A DNA stretch of 64,000 nucleotides from Nitrospiraceae bacterium (GCA_003599505.1 QZKO01000053.1:3378-67377); one strand, 5' to 3'. Shown: positions 9,183-19,573, numbered from the stretch's first letter. A program made the numbers and translations. Notes: generated from the sequence alone by a model not told the origin.

Positions 9183-10469
9183 TTAATGTGTTATCTCTGA
9201 TAAACATTTTGAAAAATCTGAAAGGATTTTTTCAACGTCCGCTTCAGAAAATACCGTGTGTCTGTAACTTGCGCCTATAGTTATCATGTCGTTCACTGTG
9301 GTAAATGAGAAGACAAGCGGCGTTGCCTGCCCGGTGGATACGGCCCGTAAATAGAATCCGGGGACTTCCCCTCCGGATGAGGGCCATACTGTATTCAGGT
9401 TTACGTTGGTTATCCCGCCCCAGACAGGATTGTACTTCGAGTAAAAGATTTTTTTCCGGTTTCTGAAAAGGCCGCGTGCAAGGATGAGCGCCCCCCGCAT
9501 CTCGAAGATCGTTCTCAGAAAGAGTTTATATTTTTTTGTTTTCATCGTCTGGAGGCGCACGTCTCTTGCCAGTTGTCTGAGCTCGATGCCTTCAGACACG
9601 GAATGCGTTACATTAAAATAACTCAGGAAAAGACCGAATACGCCGGCATCTACTGATAAATCCTTTCTGACGTTAATGATTGACGCAAGCGAAATGTGCT
9701 TCCGCCTCGCCGCCCGCAGACGTTCTGAAGCCAGGGGGGCCACTGATTTCAGAAGGATTGCAAGGAAAAGGTCATTGACTGTCAACTCCCATTCTTTTGC
9801 GGCGCGAATGATCGAATGATACTGTGAAGGCTGTATAGAGAAACAGGAAAACCCGATACCTGTGTCATTATGGTCCCGGTATACGGGCCTGAAAGATTTT
9901 CTCATGTGCGATACATGCTCAGGGAAGGTTAACAGCCATCCGGCAAGATACTTCAAATTAAAAGGCATCATGTTGCCGTATGCCTTCGGATAAAGAATAA
10001 ATAACGGAGATGTTTCCGGCATTTTCCCTTCAGCATAAAAAGATACGAGGTTTTTAATAAGTGGGATGATCGAATCGGCGCCTGCAATAAGGTGAAAATA
10101 AACAAGGCCGAGATAGAAACCGCTCTCTTTCGGTATGGCAAAGAACCTGAAGGGCGTTATCCCGCCTGTTGTCGCAAAAGACAGGTTCAGGTGTTTCCGG
10201 ATTTCCCGGCTGAGGGCGGAAGACGGCTCGTTGCTCTTTACAACGGTTATTTCAACGTCCGAACGGCCGCCTTTGTATTCATAGAGTTTTCTACTCCGGT
10301 CAATCACAAGGTTTACAAGGCCGAGCTTTTCCAGGAGGCGGTCTATAACATTTTTTAATTGCGCAACTCTCAGGGGCCCTTTCATTTCAACAACATGGAC
10401 GGCATTATAAGGGTGTATTTCATTCCACAGCAATACGGTCCTCTGAAAGATATTTAATTTCACTTGCAT
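9183..10469 (-). CDS. Condensation-domain-like acyltransferase (WS/DGAT- or PapA5-like), divergent
   Basis: FHLIAGADS resembles the HHxxxDG motif. It lies in the same frame as the downstream lipase gene but is separated from it by TAA. Confidence 0.3.
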   Translation of the reverse strand: MQVKLNIFQRTVLLWNEIHPYNAVHVVEMKGPLRVAQLKNVIDRLLEKLGLVNLVIDRSRKLYEYKGGRSDVEITVVKSNEPSSALSREIRKHLNLSFATTGGITPFRFFAIPKESGFYLGLVYFHLIAGADSIIPLIKNLVSFYAEGKMPETSPLFILYPKAYGNMMPFNLKYLAGWLLTFPEHVSHMRKSFRPVYRDHNDTGIGFSCFSIQPSQYHSIIRAAKEWELTVNDLFLAILLKSVAPLASERLRAARRKHISLASIINVRKDLSVDAGVFGLFLSYFNVTHSVSEGIELRQLARDVRLQTMKTKKYKLFLRTIFEMRGALILARGLFRNRKKIFYSKYNPVWGGITNVNLNTVWPSSGGEVPGFYLRAVSTGQATPLVFSFTTVNDMITIGASYRHTVFSEADVEKILSDFSKCLSEITH

Positions 10470-10524
10470 GTTAATTCGTATTTAATAATTCTTTAAATTC
10501 TACCATGAGAAGAATAAAATTGGT

Positions 10525-10555
10525 TTGACTGTAATTTCAGATGAAATGATATAAT
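10525..10555 (+). promoter_or_regulatory. Candidate sigma70 promoter (TTGACT ... TATAAT)
   Basis: TTGACT at 10525-10530 and GATATAAT about 17-19 nt downstream, roughly 70 nt before the CDS at 10623. Confidence 0.35.
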
Positions 10556-10622
10556 TGTGGTAAGATAAGGCGAAAGCGATGACTGTTATTTCTTCGAGAT
10601 TGTGTAAACGTCATTTAATGTA

Positions 10623-11984
10623 TTGAATATCGTTATGAAGAGCATGGAATATATATATAACCGGGTTGAAGGCAAAAAAACCGACTACCTTGATTACAAT
10701 TTCACCCAGACCGAAAACAGCGCCTTCAAGAGTTTTTTCGATCTTGCCCAGGAGCTTGACAATATCGAGGATTTTTATAATCTCTGTGTCGCTATCCCGA
10801 AGAGTTTCTTTGACGTGGAGGCGCGCCTTTATATAGTTGAGCCCAAACTGAATGCCCTGATGCTTGTCGCGAAGACTGAAAACGGCGGGCTTGCGCTGCA
10901 TACGCCTCCTCCGGAGGACGTAAGACCAGGCGATCAGCCGTATTATACATCGAGGAACAGCCTCATCTTAACTATAAGGGGGAAAGAGCCCCTGATAGAC
11001 CAGCTCCCTTTCGAAATCCAGGATGATGTGCTGGGACTGCTGGAAATATATTCAGTTATGACCATTGACAAGCACCGGGAGATGTTTTTTCAGAAATACG
11101 CCAACCGCATCGGGTTCAATATCCACAACAGGTTTCTCGTTGAGAAAAATATCGAGCATCTGAGATTTATCCGCTCCCTTGTGGCTGATATCGAACACAA
11201 TATCATTGTCCCAAACATGGTATACAAGCTGTTTCTGAGGGGACTTAAGAGAAAGATCATAAAGAATATCGAGATGGAAAAAGTCTTTGCCGAGAAATCT
11301 TCCGCCGGTCAGTGTGATGAAGATTGCATGAAAAATTTTTTAAAGGAAATAAGCGATGTAAACCAGGGGTTGACCTCGGAGCTTGAGAATATTGAGAAAC
11401 ATTACAGGAACATGAGTCTGTTTATTGAGACCCTGTTCCGGAAGAGCCATTTTGACCAGGGCCGCCTGACGCCCCGCACCAAGCCCTGCGATATGCTTAA
11501 AGACGTTGTTCAGCCTCAGCTTGAGCGGTATGTCGAGCAGTTCAGGAAAATGGGTATAACAGTGAACGACCGCCTGAGCGGCATCCCCGAGGCCGAGATT
11601 ATAACTGTCGTTGACGTCGGTCTGATAGCCCAGGTGTACGCCAACCTGTTTTCCAATGCCGTGAAATACACCCAGGCTGTCACGACAGATTCAGGTGAGA
11701 CGGTAAAATACATAACTTACGGGCATCAGGTTATAAGGGACTATTTCGGCGCCGGAAAGGACGGAATCAAATATAATGTCTTCAGCACCGGGCCGCATAT
11801 CCCGCCGGAAGATCGTGAAAAATTATTTGACGAAGGTTACCGCGGGAGTAATATTTCAAGCCAGCCCGGGACCGGACACGGCCTTTCGTTCATCAAGAAC
11901 GCCGTCGAGATACACGGCGGGGTGGTCGGGTATGAGTCTACCCAGTACGGGAACAATTTTTATTTTATCCTCCCCATGTCCTGA
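10623..11984 (+). CDS. Histidine-kinase-like ATPase (HATPase_c) protein
   Basis: C-terminal N-box ANLFSNAVKYT and G-box GTGHGLSFIKNAVEIHGG. No canonical H-box was recognised. Confidence 0.5.
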   Translation: MNIVMKSMEYIYNRVEGKKTDYLDYNFTQTENSAFKSFFDLAQELDNIEDFYNLCVAIPKSFFDVEARLYIVEPKLNALMLVAKTENGGLALHTPPPEDVRPGDQPYYTSRNSLILTIRGKEPLIDQLPFEIQDDVLGLLEIYSVMTIDKHREMFFQKYANRIGFNIHNRFLVEKNIEHLRFIRSLVADIEHNIIVPNMVYKLFLRGLKRKIIKNIEMEKVFAEKSSAGQCDEDCMKNFLKEISDVNQGLTSELENIEKHYRNMSLFIETLFRKSHFDQGRLTPRTKPCDMLKDVVQPQLERYVEQFRKMGITVNDRLSGIPEAEIITVVDVGLIAQVYANLFSNAVKYTQAVTTDSGETVKYITYGHQVIRDYFGAGKDGIKYNVFSTGPHIPPEDREKLFDEGYRGSNISSQPGTGHGLSFIKNAVEIHGGVVGYESTQYGNNFYFILPMS

Positions 11985-12045
11985 TGGTCCCGCCTGCCTG
12001 TTTTTTTTTCTTGACTAATTGGGATGTTTTCAGTATCTTTGAGCT

Positions 12046-12372
12046 GTGACAGCGAACGAGAAAAGGAAGGCCGTCAGGGTCGCCAGGCGGCTGGAAGTCA
12101 AATTTAACGCTGCTGCGGAGAATACAGCCATAACAAGCGACCTGTCGGAGAACGGCATGTTCATCGCTACCTGCAGGGGAATAGAGCCGGGCAGCACTAT
12201 AGACATAAAGATGAACCTCCCGAGTTCAGAGGCCCTCTTTATAACGGGTACGGTCGTCAGAAACATAAAAACTGTTTCCGGGCCTGACGCCTCAAAACAA
12301 AAGGGGATGGGAGTTGAGCTCATAACGCCGCCGCCGGACTATATCGATTATATCCATTCCCTCCTTGAGTAA
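12046..12372 (+). CDS. PilZ-domain protein
   Basis: RKAVRVARRLEV...SDLSENGMFIAT. Confidence 0.55.
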   Translation: MTANEKRKAVRVARRLEVKFNAAAENTAITSDLSENGMFIATCRGIEPGSTIDIKMNLPSSEALFITGTVVRNIKTVSGPDASKQKGMGVELITPPPDYIDYIHSLLE

Positions 12373-12469
12373 CTGACAGTCATCTGTTATCAGCAAAGTT
12401 GCAAAGGGTTGTATTGAATCCGTCAGGTATTCTATAATTACAGTCGCTGTATAATTGATAGTAAGTTAT

Positions 12470-12554
12470 GCCGAAGTGGTGGAACTGGTAGACACGCACG
12501 TTTGAGGGGCGTGTGGAGCAATCCATGCGGGTTCGAGTCCCGCCTTCGGCACCA
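12470..12554 (+). tRNA. tRNA-Leu (anticodon GAG), type II with long variable arm
   Basis: Hand-folded. Acceptor GCCGAAG/CTTCGGC, D-stem GTG/CAC, anticodon stem CACGT/GCGTG with loop TTGAGGG, T-arm GCGGG-TTCGAGT-CCCGC and an encoded CCA. An upstream TATAAT is present. Confidence 0.85.
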
Positions 12555-12562
12555 TATCTGCC

Positions 12563-13057
12563 ATGCCGATTTACGAATTTTATTGCGGTAAATGCAACAC
12601 TGTTTATAACTTCTTTTCCAGAACGGTAAATACGGAAAAGGTCCCTGACTGCCCCCGGTGTAAAGGTATCAAATTGACCCGCAGGATGTCCCTCTTTGCT
12701 TCCGTGTCCGGGAAAAAAGAAAGCGGTGAAGCGGATGCCGCGATGCCGGGCTTCGATGAAGCGAAAATGGGAAAGGCCATGGCCATGCTTGAAAAGGAAG
12801 CAGGCGGGATTAATCAGGAGGACCCGCGTCAGGCAGCAGCGCTGATGAGGAAGCTTTCGGATGCGACGGGTATCTCAATGGGCTCCGGGATGGAAGAGGC
12901 CCTCCGCCGCCTCGAAAGGGGAGAAGACCCTGAAAAGATCGAGGCGGAGATGGGCGATCTGATCGAGGGGGAGGAGCCGTTCGCTCTTGAAGACAAAGGG
13001 AAGAAGGGCGTCAGTAGGCAAAAGGCCAAAGTGGATGAGAAGCTTTATGAGCTGTAA
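12563..13057 (+). CDS. FmdB-family zinc-ribbon protein
   Basis: [15 protein letters not shown]...CPRCKG with CxxC...CxxC, followed by an acidic C-terminal tail. Confidence 0.7.
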   Translation: MPIYEFYCGKCNTVYNFFSRTVNTEKVPDCPRCKGIKLTRRMSLFASVSGKKESGEADAAMPGFDEAKMGKAMAMLEKEAGGINQEDPRQAAALMRKLSDATGISMGSGMEEALRRLERGEDPEKIEAEMGDLIEGEEPFALEDKGKKGVSRQKAKVDEKLYEL

Positions 13058-13124
13058 AAGAACGAGGGGCAATAGGCGATGGGTAATAGGCTATGGGAAA
13101 AGATTTATTCTTATCGCCTATAAT

Positions 13125-13856
13125 CTAAAATCCGCGCTGTCTGGTTATCTCATGGCAGAAAATGGCGGCTGCCATGGCGACATTCAGTGACAATTGCGCG
13201 CCTTTCATGGGGAGCGTGACTTTCAGGTCGAGATGCTTTTGAATGCCGTGGCGGACCCCTTTCCCCTCTGAACCAAGGATGAGACAGAGCGGAAAAGGGA
13301 GTGACACCCTGTTTATATCCTCTCCTCCCTCTACAACCGTGCCGACGGCCCAGTACCCCGCTTCTTTGGCCTTTAACAGGGCCTGTGAAAGGTTTGTCAC
13401 CATAGAGACCGGGACATAATTCTCGCCCCCTGACGCGACGTGGATTACCGTTTCATTTACTTCGCATGACCCGTGTTCCGGTATTACTACCGCGAAACCT
13501 CCCAGGCACGCGGCTGTTCTCATGATGGAGCCCAGGTTATGGGGGTCATTCAGGCTGTCGAGAAAAATAAAAACCGGACGCTCCTTTTCAGGGAGGCGCA
13601 GTAGTTTTTCGAAAGGGGTGTAAATGTATTTATCAATTTCAGCAACAATGCCCTGCAGACGGTCGGCGGGTTTGATTCTCAGAAGTCCTTTCTCATCTGT
13701 GCGGCTGACCTGGATGCTTGCGGCGCTGATGGCCTTTTCAATCTCAGGGTCTTTAAAATTGTCCTGTAGAAATATCCTTCTTATACTCGGGGAATCAGCG
13801 TTCAGCCGCTCCATTACAGAATTTTTGCCGTAAAGATACATCCTGTTTTTGGCCAA
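13125..13856 (-). CDS. rlmB: 23S rRNA (guanosine-2'-O)-methyltransferase RlmB (SpoU/TrmH family)
   Basis: N-terminal YGKNSVMERL and a SpoU methylase fold. Confidence 0.75.
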   Translation of the reverse strand: MAKNRMYLYGKNSVMERLNADSPSIRRIFLQDNFKDPEIEKAISAASIQVSRTDEKGLLRIKPADRLQGIVAEIDKYIYTPFEKLLRLPEKERPVFIFLDSLNDPHNLGSIMRTAACLGGFAVVIPEHGSCEVNETVIHVASGGENYVPVSMVTNLSQALLKAKEAGYWAVGTVVEGGEDINRVSLPFPLCLILGSEGKGVRHGIQKHLDLKVTLPMKGAQLSLNVAMAAAIFCHEITRQRGF

Positions 13857-13882
13857 TTATGCCTCCGGTATTGCAACTGGGT

Positions 13883-14509
13883 TCACCATGAATTTTCAAA
13901 AGGCAATTGTATATCGATCACTTTTCTGAAACTCTTCCTGTGGATTAAACAGGGGCCGTATTTATTAATACACTCCATATGTTCTTTTGTGGAATATCCT
14001 TTATGGTCCCTGAAATTATAAACAGGATATTCTTCATGATAGTCATGCATGATGTCGTCCCGCACGACCTTCGCAATGATTGACGCCGCGGCTATGGAGG
14101 CGCTGACGGATTCGCCTTTAATCATTGACTGCTGACTGATGGGGACGTCTTCAAGCCTGACGGCGTCTATCAGGAGAATATGCGGTTTTATCAGCAAATC
14201 TTCGACGGCCTTTTTCATGGCGAGTTTTGTTGATTCAAGTATATTGATTTTGTCGATTACATCAGGCCCGACTATTCCTACGCCAATGGATACGGCACTG
14301 CCGGCTATCTTCCAGAAAAGCGCTTTCCTCACGCGTTCGTCCGGTATTTTTTTCGAGTCCCTGAGTTTGTCTATAACGACCCCGGCAGGAAGTATCACGG
14401 CAGACGCAACCACAGGTCCTGCCAGAGGACCTCTGCCTGCTTCATCTATTCCGGCGACGATCGGGTATTTCCTGCGGATTTCTTCGTCGTATTTGAAGAT
14501 GGAAGGCAA
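13883..14509 (-). CDS. rnhB: Ribonuclease HII
   Basis: GIDEAGRGPLAGPVVASAV motif. Confidence 0.9.
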   Translation of the reverse strand: MPSIFKYDEEIRRKYPIVAGIDEAGRGPLAGPVVASAVILPAGVVIDKLRDSKKIPDERVRKALFWKIAGSAVSIGVGIVGPDVIDKINILESTKLAMKKAVEDLLIKPHILLIDAVRLEDVPISQQSMIKGESVSASIAAASIIAKVVRDDIMHDYHEEYPVYNFRDHKGYSTKEHMECINKYGPCLIHRKSFRKVIDIQLPFENSW

Positions 14510-14521
14510 ATTTTCTATCTC

Positions 14522-14884
14522 TTACTGCTGCTGTGGCTGGCTGAAAGCCTTGTCCTTGACCTTTGTAGCGGCTTTGCCCTTCTTTCCCCTGAGGTAGTAC
14601 AGTTTGGCCCTTCTTACGCGTCCCTGTTTGACGACTTTAATATCTTCGATCAAAGGGGAGTGGAGCGGGAAAATCTTTTCAACTCCGATACCGTAGGAAA
14701 TCTTCCTTACCATGAAAGTCTCACGGGTCCCGGTCCCTTTCCTGCCGATGACGACTCCGGTGAATGTCTGGATCCTTTCCTTCTCTCCTTCTCTTATCTT
14801 CATGTTTACACTGACAGTGTCTCCTACCCTGAAATCAGGAATATCTTTTTTGTACCCCTCTTCAACTACTCTTACTGCGTTCAT
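14522..14884 (-). CDS. rplS: 50S ribosomal protein L19
   Basis: RVGDTVSV...IQTFTGVVI. Confidence 0.9.
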   Translation of the reverse strand: MNAVRVVEEGYKKDIPDFRVGDTVSVNMKIREGEKERIQTFTGVVIGRKGTGTRETFMVRKISYGIGVEKIFPLHSPLIEDIKVVKQGRVRRAKLYYLRGKKGKAATKVKDKAFSQPQQQ

Positions 14885-15615
14885 ACCTGTTCCTCCTCTA
14901 TTTCTTTAAGTATTTTTTTGTCCATATCTGTCAAGTGGACCTTATCTATAAGGTCCGGTCTCACCTTCACCGTTTTTCTCAGGGCCTCTTTTCTCCGCCA
15001 GAGCATTATCTCCCTGTGGTTGCCGGAGACAAGGACTTCCGGCACCTTCATCCCCCTGAACTCCCTCGGCCTTGTATAATGCGGGTAATCCAGCAATCCC
15101 CACGAAAACGATTCGTCCTCCGCGGACTTCTCATCGCCGAGAGCGCCGGGGACCAGCCTTGTTACCGCGTCAATGATGACAAGCGCCGCGAGTTCTCCTC
15201 CGGTTATTACATAATCTCCGATAGATACTTCTTCATCCACAAGGGTCCTTACCCGTTCATCAATTCCCTCATAGCGTCCGCAGATAAATACAAAGCGCTG
15301 CTTTTCCCGGGAATAATCCTCAGCAGTCCTCTGGGTAAAAGTCTTTCCCTGAGGACTTAAAAGGACCACTTTTCTCGGCGCTCCGTCTTCTTTCAGAAAA
15401 TCAAGCGCCCGGAAAACCGGTTCGGGTTTAAACACCATGCCCGCCCCCCCTCCGTAGGGGCTGTCATCGACTGTCCTGTGCGGGCCTGATGCAAAGTCTC
15501 TTATATTATAAAGGCTTACTTCAAGCAGTTTTTTGTCGCGCGCCCTCTTAAGAATGCTTTCGTTCAGACAGGCCGTCAGTATATCAGGGAAAAGCGTCAG
15601 TACGTCGCATTTCAT
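14881..15615 (-). CDS. trmD: tRNA (guanine37-N1)-methyltransferase
   Basis: [12 protein letters not shown] with a TrmD fold. Confidence 0.9.
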   Translation of the reverse strand: MKCDVLTLFPDILTACLNESILKRARDKKLLEVSLYNIRDFASGPHRTVDDSPYGGGAGMVFKPEPVFRALDFLKEDGAPRKVVLLSPQGKTFTQRTAEDYSREKQRFVFICGRYEGIDERVRTLVDEEVSIGDYVITGGELAALVIIDAVTRLVPGALGDEKSAEDESFSWGLLDYPHYTRPREFRGMKVPEVLVSGNHREIMLWRRKEALRKTVKVRPDLIDKVHLTDMDKKILKEIEEEQV

Positions 15616-15647
15616 TCAGAAAATTATAAGCCTTCGAGATGCTTAGG

Positions 15648-15884
15648 TTATATGCCTGAGATTTTCAAAAGTTTCTTCACAACGGACGTCGGCTGCGCTC
15701 CATGACCAAGCCAGTACCGGGCCCTTTCAGGATTTATCTTGACCTCAGAAGGGGTTTTCATAGGGTCGTAAGTCCCTATTATTTCCAGGAACGGCCCGTC
15801 TCTTCTGACCCTTGATTCAGCAACGATAACCCTGTAAAAGGGCTTCTTTTTTGCTCCTTTTCTTGTCAATCTTATCTTTACCAA
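15648..15884 (-). CDS. rpsP: 30S ribosomal protein S16
   Basis: [21 protein letters not shown]. Confidence 0.9.
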   Translation of the reverse strand: MVKIRLTRKGAKKKPFYRVIVAESRVRRDGPFLEIIGTYDPMKTPSEVKINPERARYWLGHGAQPTSVVKKLLKISGI

Positions 15885-15972
15885 ATTAACTCCTCCATAT
15901 AAAAATCAAATAATTTTACTGATAAAGGATACAAAATTCGGGACATAAAATACAAGGCTCGGCAGGTTATAC

Positions 15973-17289
15973 TCAAAATTTGAACTGGGGCATCCTGAAT
16001 TTTCCGCTCTTAACCCTCTTCAGCATCTTTTTCATTTCCATATGCTGCTTCATCAGCCTGTTTACGTCGGCAACGCTGGTCCCGCTGCCGTCTGCAACCC
16101 TTTTTTTACGGCTGCCGTTCAGGATGACAGAATTCTTTCTTTCAGGCATTGTCATTGAATTGATGATCGCCTCTATCCTGGCAAACGCCCTGTCGTCGAT
16201 ATTTATCCCTTTTATCTGCTTGCCGAGCCCCGGGATCATGCCGAGGATGTTTTCAAGGGGACCCATCTTCTTGATCTGTTTAATCTGGTTTTTAAGGTCT
16301 TCAAAGGTAAAGCTGTCTTTTCTGAGTTTCTCTTCCAGTTTAAGCGCTTCTTCCATATCGACAGCTTCCTGCGCCTTTTCAACAAGAGTTACCACATCTC
16401 CCATTCCCAGGATCCTTGAAGCCATTCTCTCTGGATGGAACGGTTCAAGAAAGTCGATCTTTTCGCCTACGCCGATTAATTTAACAGGTTTCCCGGTTAC
16501 AGAAGAAATAGACAGCGCGGCCCCGCCGCGCGCGTCCCCATCCATTTTTGTAAGGATGACCCCATCGATGTCAAGTCTGTCATTAAAAGATTTTGCGATA
16601 TTTACGGCATCCTGTCCGGTCATGGCGTCGGCAACCAGGAGGATTTCTTTCGGCTTCGCTGTTTTTTTCAGCTCCTCAAGCTCCTCCATTAACTGTTCAT
16701 CCATATGGAGTCTGCCGGCGGTGTCAAGTATTACAACATCTCTGCCTTCCCTGTTTGCCTTCTGGAGCGCTTCCGGGAAAATCCTCACCGGGTCGTCGCC
16801 CGGTCCTGTTGCGTAAACAGGCACGTCAATCTGCGCGCCAAGTGATTTTAACTGGTCGATTGCAGCCGGTCTTCCTGTATCCAGGGCCACAAGCATGGGT
16901 CTTCTTCCGTCTTTTTTAAAATTGTTTGCCAGTTTTGCGGAAGTTGTTGTTTTGCCGGAGCCGTGAAGACCCACAAGCATAAGGATAGTAGGGGGGTTCG
17001 GGGCGAGGTTGATCTTGCGGAGTCCGTCGCCCATGAGGGCGCAAAGCTCATCATGGACAATCTTTACGACCTGCTGCCCCGGGGTAATACTTTCAATCAC
17101 TTCCTTGCCGACAGCCCGCTGCTTTACCTTTTCAGTAAAGTCTTTCACTACCTTGAAGTTGACGTCAGCCTCAAGGAGCGCCATCCTGATTTCCTTCATG
17201 GCCGCGGCAACGTCTTCTTCCCTCAACAGGCCACGGCCCTTCAGTTTCTTGAATATGCCTTCTAATTTTTCTGATAATGCATCGAACAC
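15973..17289 (-). CDS. ffh: Signal recognition particle protein Ffh
   Basis: N-terminal MFDALSEKL, a GTPase domain and an M-domain. Confidence 0.9.
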   Translation of the reverse strand: MFDALSEKLEGIFKKLKGRGLLREEDVAAAMKEIRMALLEADVNFKVVKDFTEKVKQRAVGKEVIESITPGQQVVKIVHDELCALMGDGLRKINLAPNPPTILMLVGLHGSGKTTTSAKLANNFKKDGRRPMLVALDTGRPAAIDQLKSLGAQIDVPVYATGPGDDPVRIFPEALQKANREGRDVVILDTAGRLHMDEQLMEELEELKKTAKPKEILLVADAMTGQDAVNIAKSFNDRLDIDGVILTKMDGDARGGAALSISSVTGKPVKLIGVGEKIDFLEPFHPERMASRILGMGDVVTLVEKAQEAVDMEEALKLEEKLRKDSFTFEDLKNQIKQIKKMGPLENILGMIPGLGKQIKGINIDDRAFARIEAIINSMTMPERKNSVILNGSRKKRVADGSGTSVADVNRLMKQHMEMKKMLKRVKSGKFRMPQFKF

Positions 17290-17313
17290 TTGAACCCTCG
17301 GCCCCTTGAACCC
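17289..17313. repeat. Two copies of CTTGAACCC (reverse complement GGGTTCAAG) in the ffh-trxB gap
   Basis: Direct reading. The same motif recurs at 31561-31590. Confidence 0.6.
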
Positions 17314-17316
17314 TTC

Positions 17317-18237
17317 TTAAAAATTTTCCTCTATATACTTCACCGCGGACATGGCGGCGGTGGCGCCTTCTCCAACGGCAGTAGTTATCTGCTTTAACGG
17401 CTTACTCCTCACGTCGCCGGCAGCGAATATGCCGGGTGCGGAAGTCGACATATTTTCATCAGTAGTGATGTAATTGTCCCCGTTTATGTCAACCAGTCCT
17501 TTAAGGAATTCGGTATTCGGATTGTAGCCGATATAAATAAAAATACCATGTACATCAATTACCGACTTTTCCCCTGTTTTGATATTGCTGATATGCAGGG
17601 CGCTGACTCCATCGTCGCCGGCAATTTTTTCCACGACCGAATCCCATATGAATTTTATTCTGGGATTTGAAAAAGCCCTCTCCTGGAGTATTTTTTCAGA
17701 CCTGAGTTTATCTCTCCTGTGAATAACGTAAACGATTTCGGCGAATTTGGTCAGGAATATCGCTTCCTGAACAGCGGAATCACCTCCGCCGACAACGGCA
17801 ATTTTCCTGCCTCTGTAAAAAGCCCCGTCACAGGTGGCGCAATATGAAACACCCTTTCCCCTGAACTTGTCTTCGCCTTCTATTTTCAGCAGTCGTGGAT
17901 GAGCTCCGGTGGTGAGTATGATGCTTTTAGCCTCATAACGCGTTCCGTCATCGAGGGTTATGTTTTTAATCTTCCCGTTAAGGGATATGTCGACGACAGC
18001 GCCCTGGATTATTTCAAGCCCGAACTTTACCGCCTGGGCTTCCATCTTCCGGGCCAGCTCGGCGCCCTGGACCCCCTCTTCAAACCCCGGATAATTCTCC
18101 ACCCATTCGGTGGTTGTAACCAGTCCGCCCGGCAGACCTTTTTCAATAAGCAGGCTTTTGAGCCGGGCCCTTGACGCGTAAAGCCCTGCTGTAAGACCTG
18201 CCGGGCCTCCTCCGATAATTACAACGTCGTAATTCAT
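17317..18237 (-). CDS. trxB: Thioredoxin-disulfide reductase
   Basis: GGGPAGLTA FAD-binding motif and CATCDG redox motif. Confidence 0.9.
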   Translation of the reverse strand: MNYDVVIIGGGPAGLTAGLYASRARLKSLLIEKGLPGGLVTTTEWVENYPGFEEGVQGAELARKMEAQAVKFGLEIIQGAVVDISLNGKIKNITLDDGTRYEAKSIILTTGAHPRLLKIEGEDKFRGKGVSYCATCDGAFYRGRKIAVVGGGDSAVQEAIFLTKFAEIVYVIHRRDKLRSEKILQERAFSNPRIKFIWDSVVEKIAGDDGVSALHISNIKTGEKSVIDVHGIFIYIGYNPNTEFLKGLVDINGDNYITTDENMSTSAPGIFAAGDVRSKPLKQITTAVGEGATAAMSAVKYIEENF

Positions 18238-18240
18238 TGA

Positions 18241-18564
18241 TTACATCAGGGATTCTATCTTTGATTTAAGCTGTGCCTTCGGCACGGCGCCGACGACCTG
18301 GTCCAGTATTTTACCGTCTTTAAAAAATATAAGGGTGGGGATGCCTCTGATATTGTGGCGGCTGGCAATATCCGGGTTTTCATCCGTGTTTACTTTCGCG
18401 AAAGTGACCTTGCCGGCATACTCTTTCGCAAGCTCTTCTATAACTGGAGCAACTATTTTGCAGGGGCCGCACCATGTGGCCCAGAAATCTACCATGACAA
18501 GGCCGGTTGATTTTACTGTCTGGTCAAAAGATTCAGCCGTAAGATTTTTCACCGCATCCGACAT
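18241..18564 (-). CDS. trxA: Thioredoxin
   Basis: WATWCGPCK active site. Confidence 0.9.
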   Translation of the reverse strand: MSDAVKNLTAESFDQTVKSTGLVMVDFWATWCGPCKIVAPVIEELAKEYAGKVTFAKVNTDENPDIASRHNIRGIPTLIFFKDGKILDQVVGAVPKAQLKSKIESLM

Positions 18565-18686
18565 GAATGTATCCTCCTCAAAGAGTTATTTACAAGTAAT
18601 AATTATATTCCCCCTGAAACTTCTTTGTCAATTTTTTGCAAAAATGACGCCTTATCGTGATATTATTTTATTTGAAAGGGGTTAAA

Positions 18687-19133
18687 ATGCAAAAAATCTT
18701 TACATTGGGGACGGATTTGCGTACTCCGGAAGATTTCATCGAAATAATCAATTCATACAATATAGAGGTTGTCGTGGACGTGAGAAGTTACCCGGTAAGT
18801 AAATTAGACCACTTCAGGAGAACTAACCTTGAGCTTCTGTTAAAGAAAGAGATGCTTGAATACCATTATTCAGGCAACGAGCTGGGGGGGTTCAGAAAAA
18901 GCGGTTATGAAAATTATACCCATACGCCTGAATTTGAAAACGGCATAACCATGCTTGAAAGAATCGCGTCGGCAAAGATATCGGTCATCATATGCGCTGA
19001 GCGGTTCCCCTGGAAGTGTCACAGAAGATTCATTGCGCGCGCGCTGCAGGGCAGGGGGTGGGTTGTCGAACATATTATTGATAAAGGGAAGGTTTGGGCG
19101 CCGAAGCAGTTGAGGGGCGCCGTCAGTGAGTAA
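18687..19133 (+). CDS. DUF488-family protein
   Basis: IFTLGTDLRTPEDFIEII...VVDVRSYP pattern. Start placed at MQKIF, which has an RBS. Confidence 0.5.
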   Translation: MQKIFTLGTDLRTPEDFIEIINSYNIEVVVDVRSYPVSKLDHFRRTNLELLLKKEMLEYHYSGNELGGFRKSGYENYTHTPEFENGITMLERIASAKISVIICAERFPWKCHRRFIARALQGRGWVVEHIIDKGKVWAPKQLRGAVSE

Positions 19134-19192
19134 AAAAAGACCGGGTATGTTAAAATCCGGTTCATTTTTTTAAAAGTTTAAGGGAGGATCGA

Positions 19193-19573
19193 ATGGCAGA
19201 AATAAAAAACCGCGAAGAAAGACCGTTGCCGGGGATAGAATATTCAGAAATTTTCATACCTGATGAAAACGATATCGGCACAGGGACTTTTACGACAGTC
19301 CTTGAGCAAAAGGCGTTGGCAAAGATCAACCCGATAATGAGCTCGATTATAAACGCGCCCGAATTTCAGTTGATCGTAAATATTAATTCCGCGGAGGAAG
19401 AAACAACGGTCCTCCTCGGCAAAGCCGACAACACGCCTGCGGTCTCGCGCAAGGTGTTCACCATACCGGAGGACACCAAAATACATGAACCGCATAACTT
19501 CAAAGTGTTTTTCAGCGGCTGGAACATCACGGCGCTGGAGCTGGACGGGAATGCGTTGGAGGCAGCGGGATAA
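19193..19573 (+). CDS. Hypothetical protein
   Basis: Has a GGAGG RBS. No recognisable domain. Confidence 0.35.
   Translation: MAEIKNREERPLPGIEYSEIFIPDENDIGTGTFTTVLEQKALAKINPIMSSIINAPEFQLIVNINSAEEETTVLLGKADNTPAVSRKVFTIPEDTKIHEPHNFKVFFSGWNITALELDGNALEAAG

Noticed and set aside
9176-9185. Same-frame junction between the condensation-like and lipase-like ORFs
   Set aside because: The stop is TAA, and the downstream ORF has its own signal peptide at its Met. These are treated as two genes.
15980-16816. 278-aa plus-strand ORF
   Set aside because: It is antisense within ffh and its low-complexity Ser/Phe-rich translation is typical of a shadow ORF.
18237-18243. trxA and trxB are in the same frame and contiguous, a possible read-through or Sec junction
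   Set aside because: The intervening stop is TAA, not TGA. These are ordinary adjacent genes.
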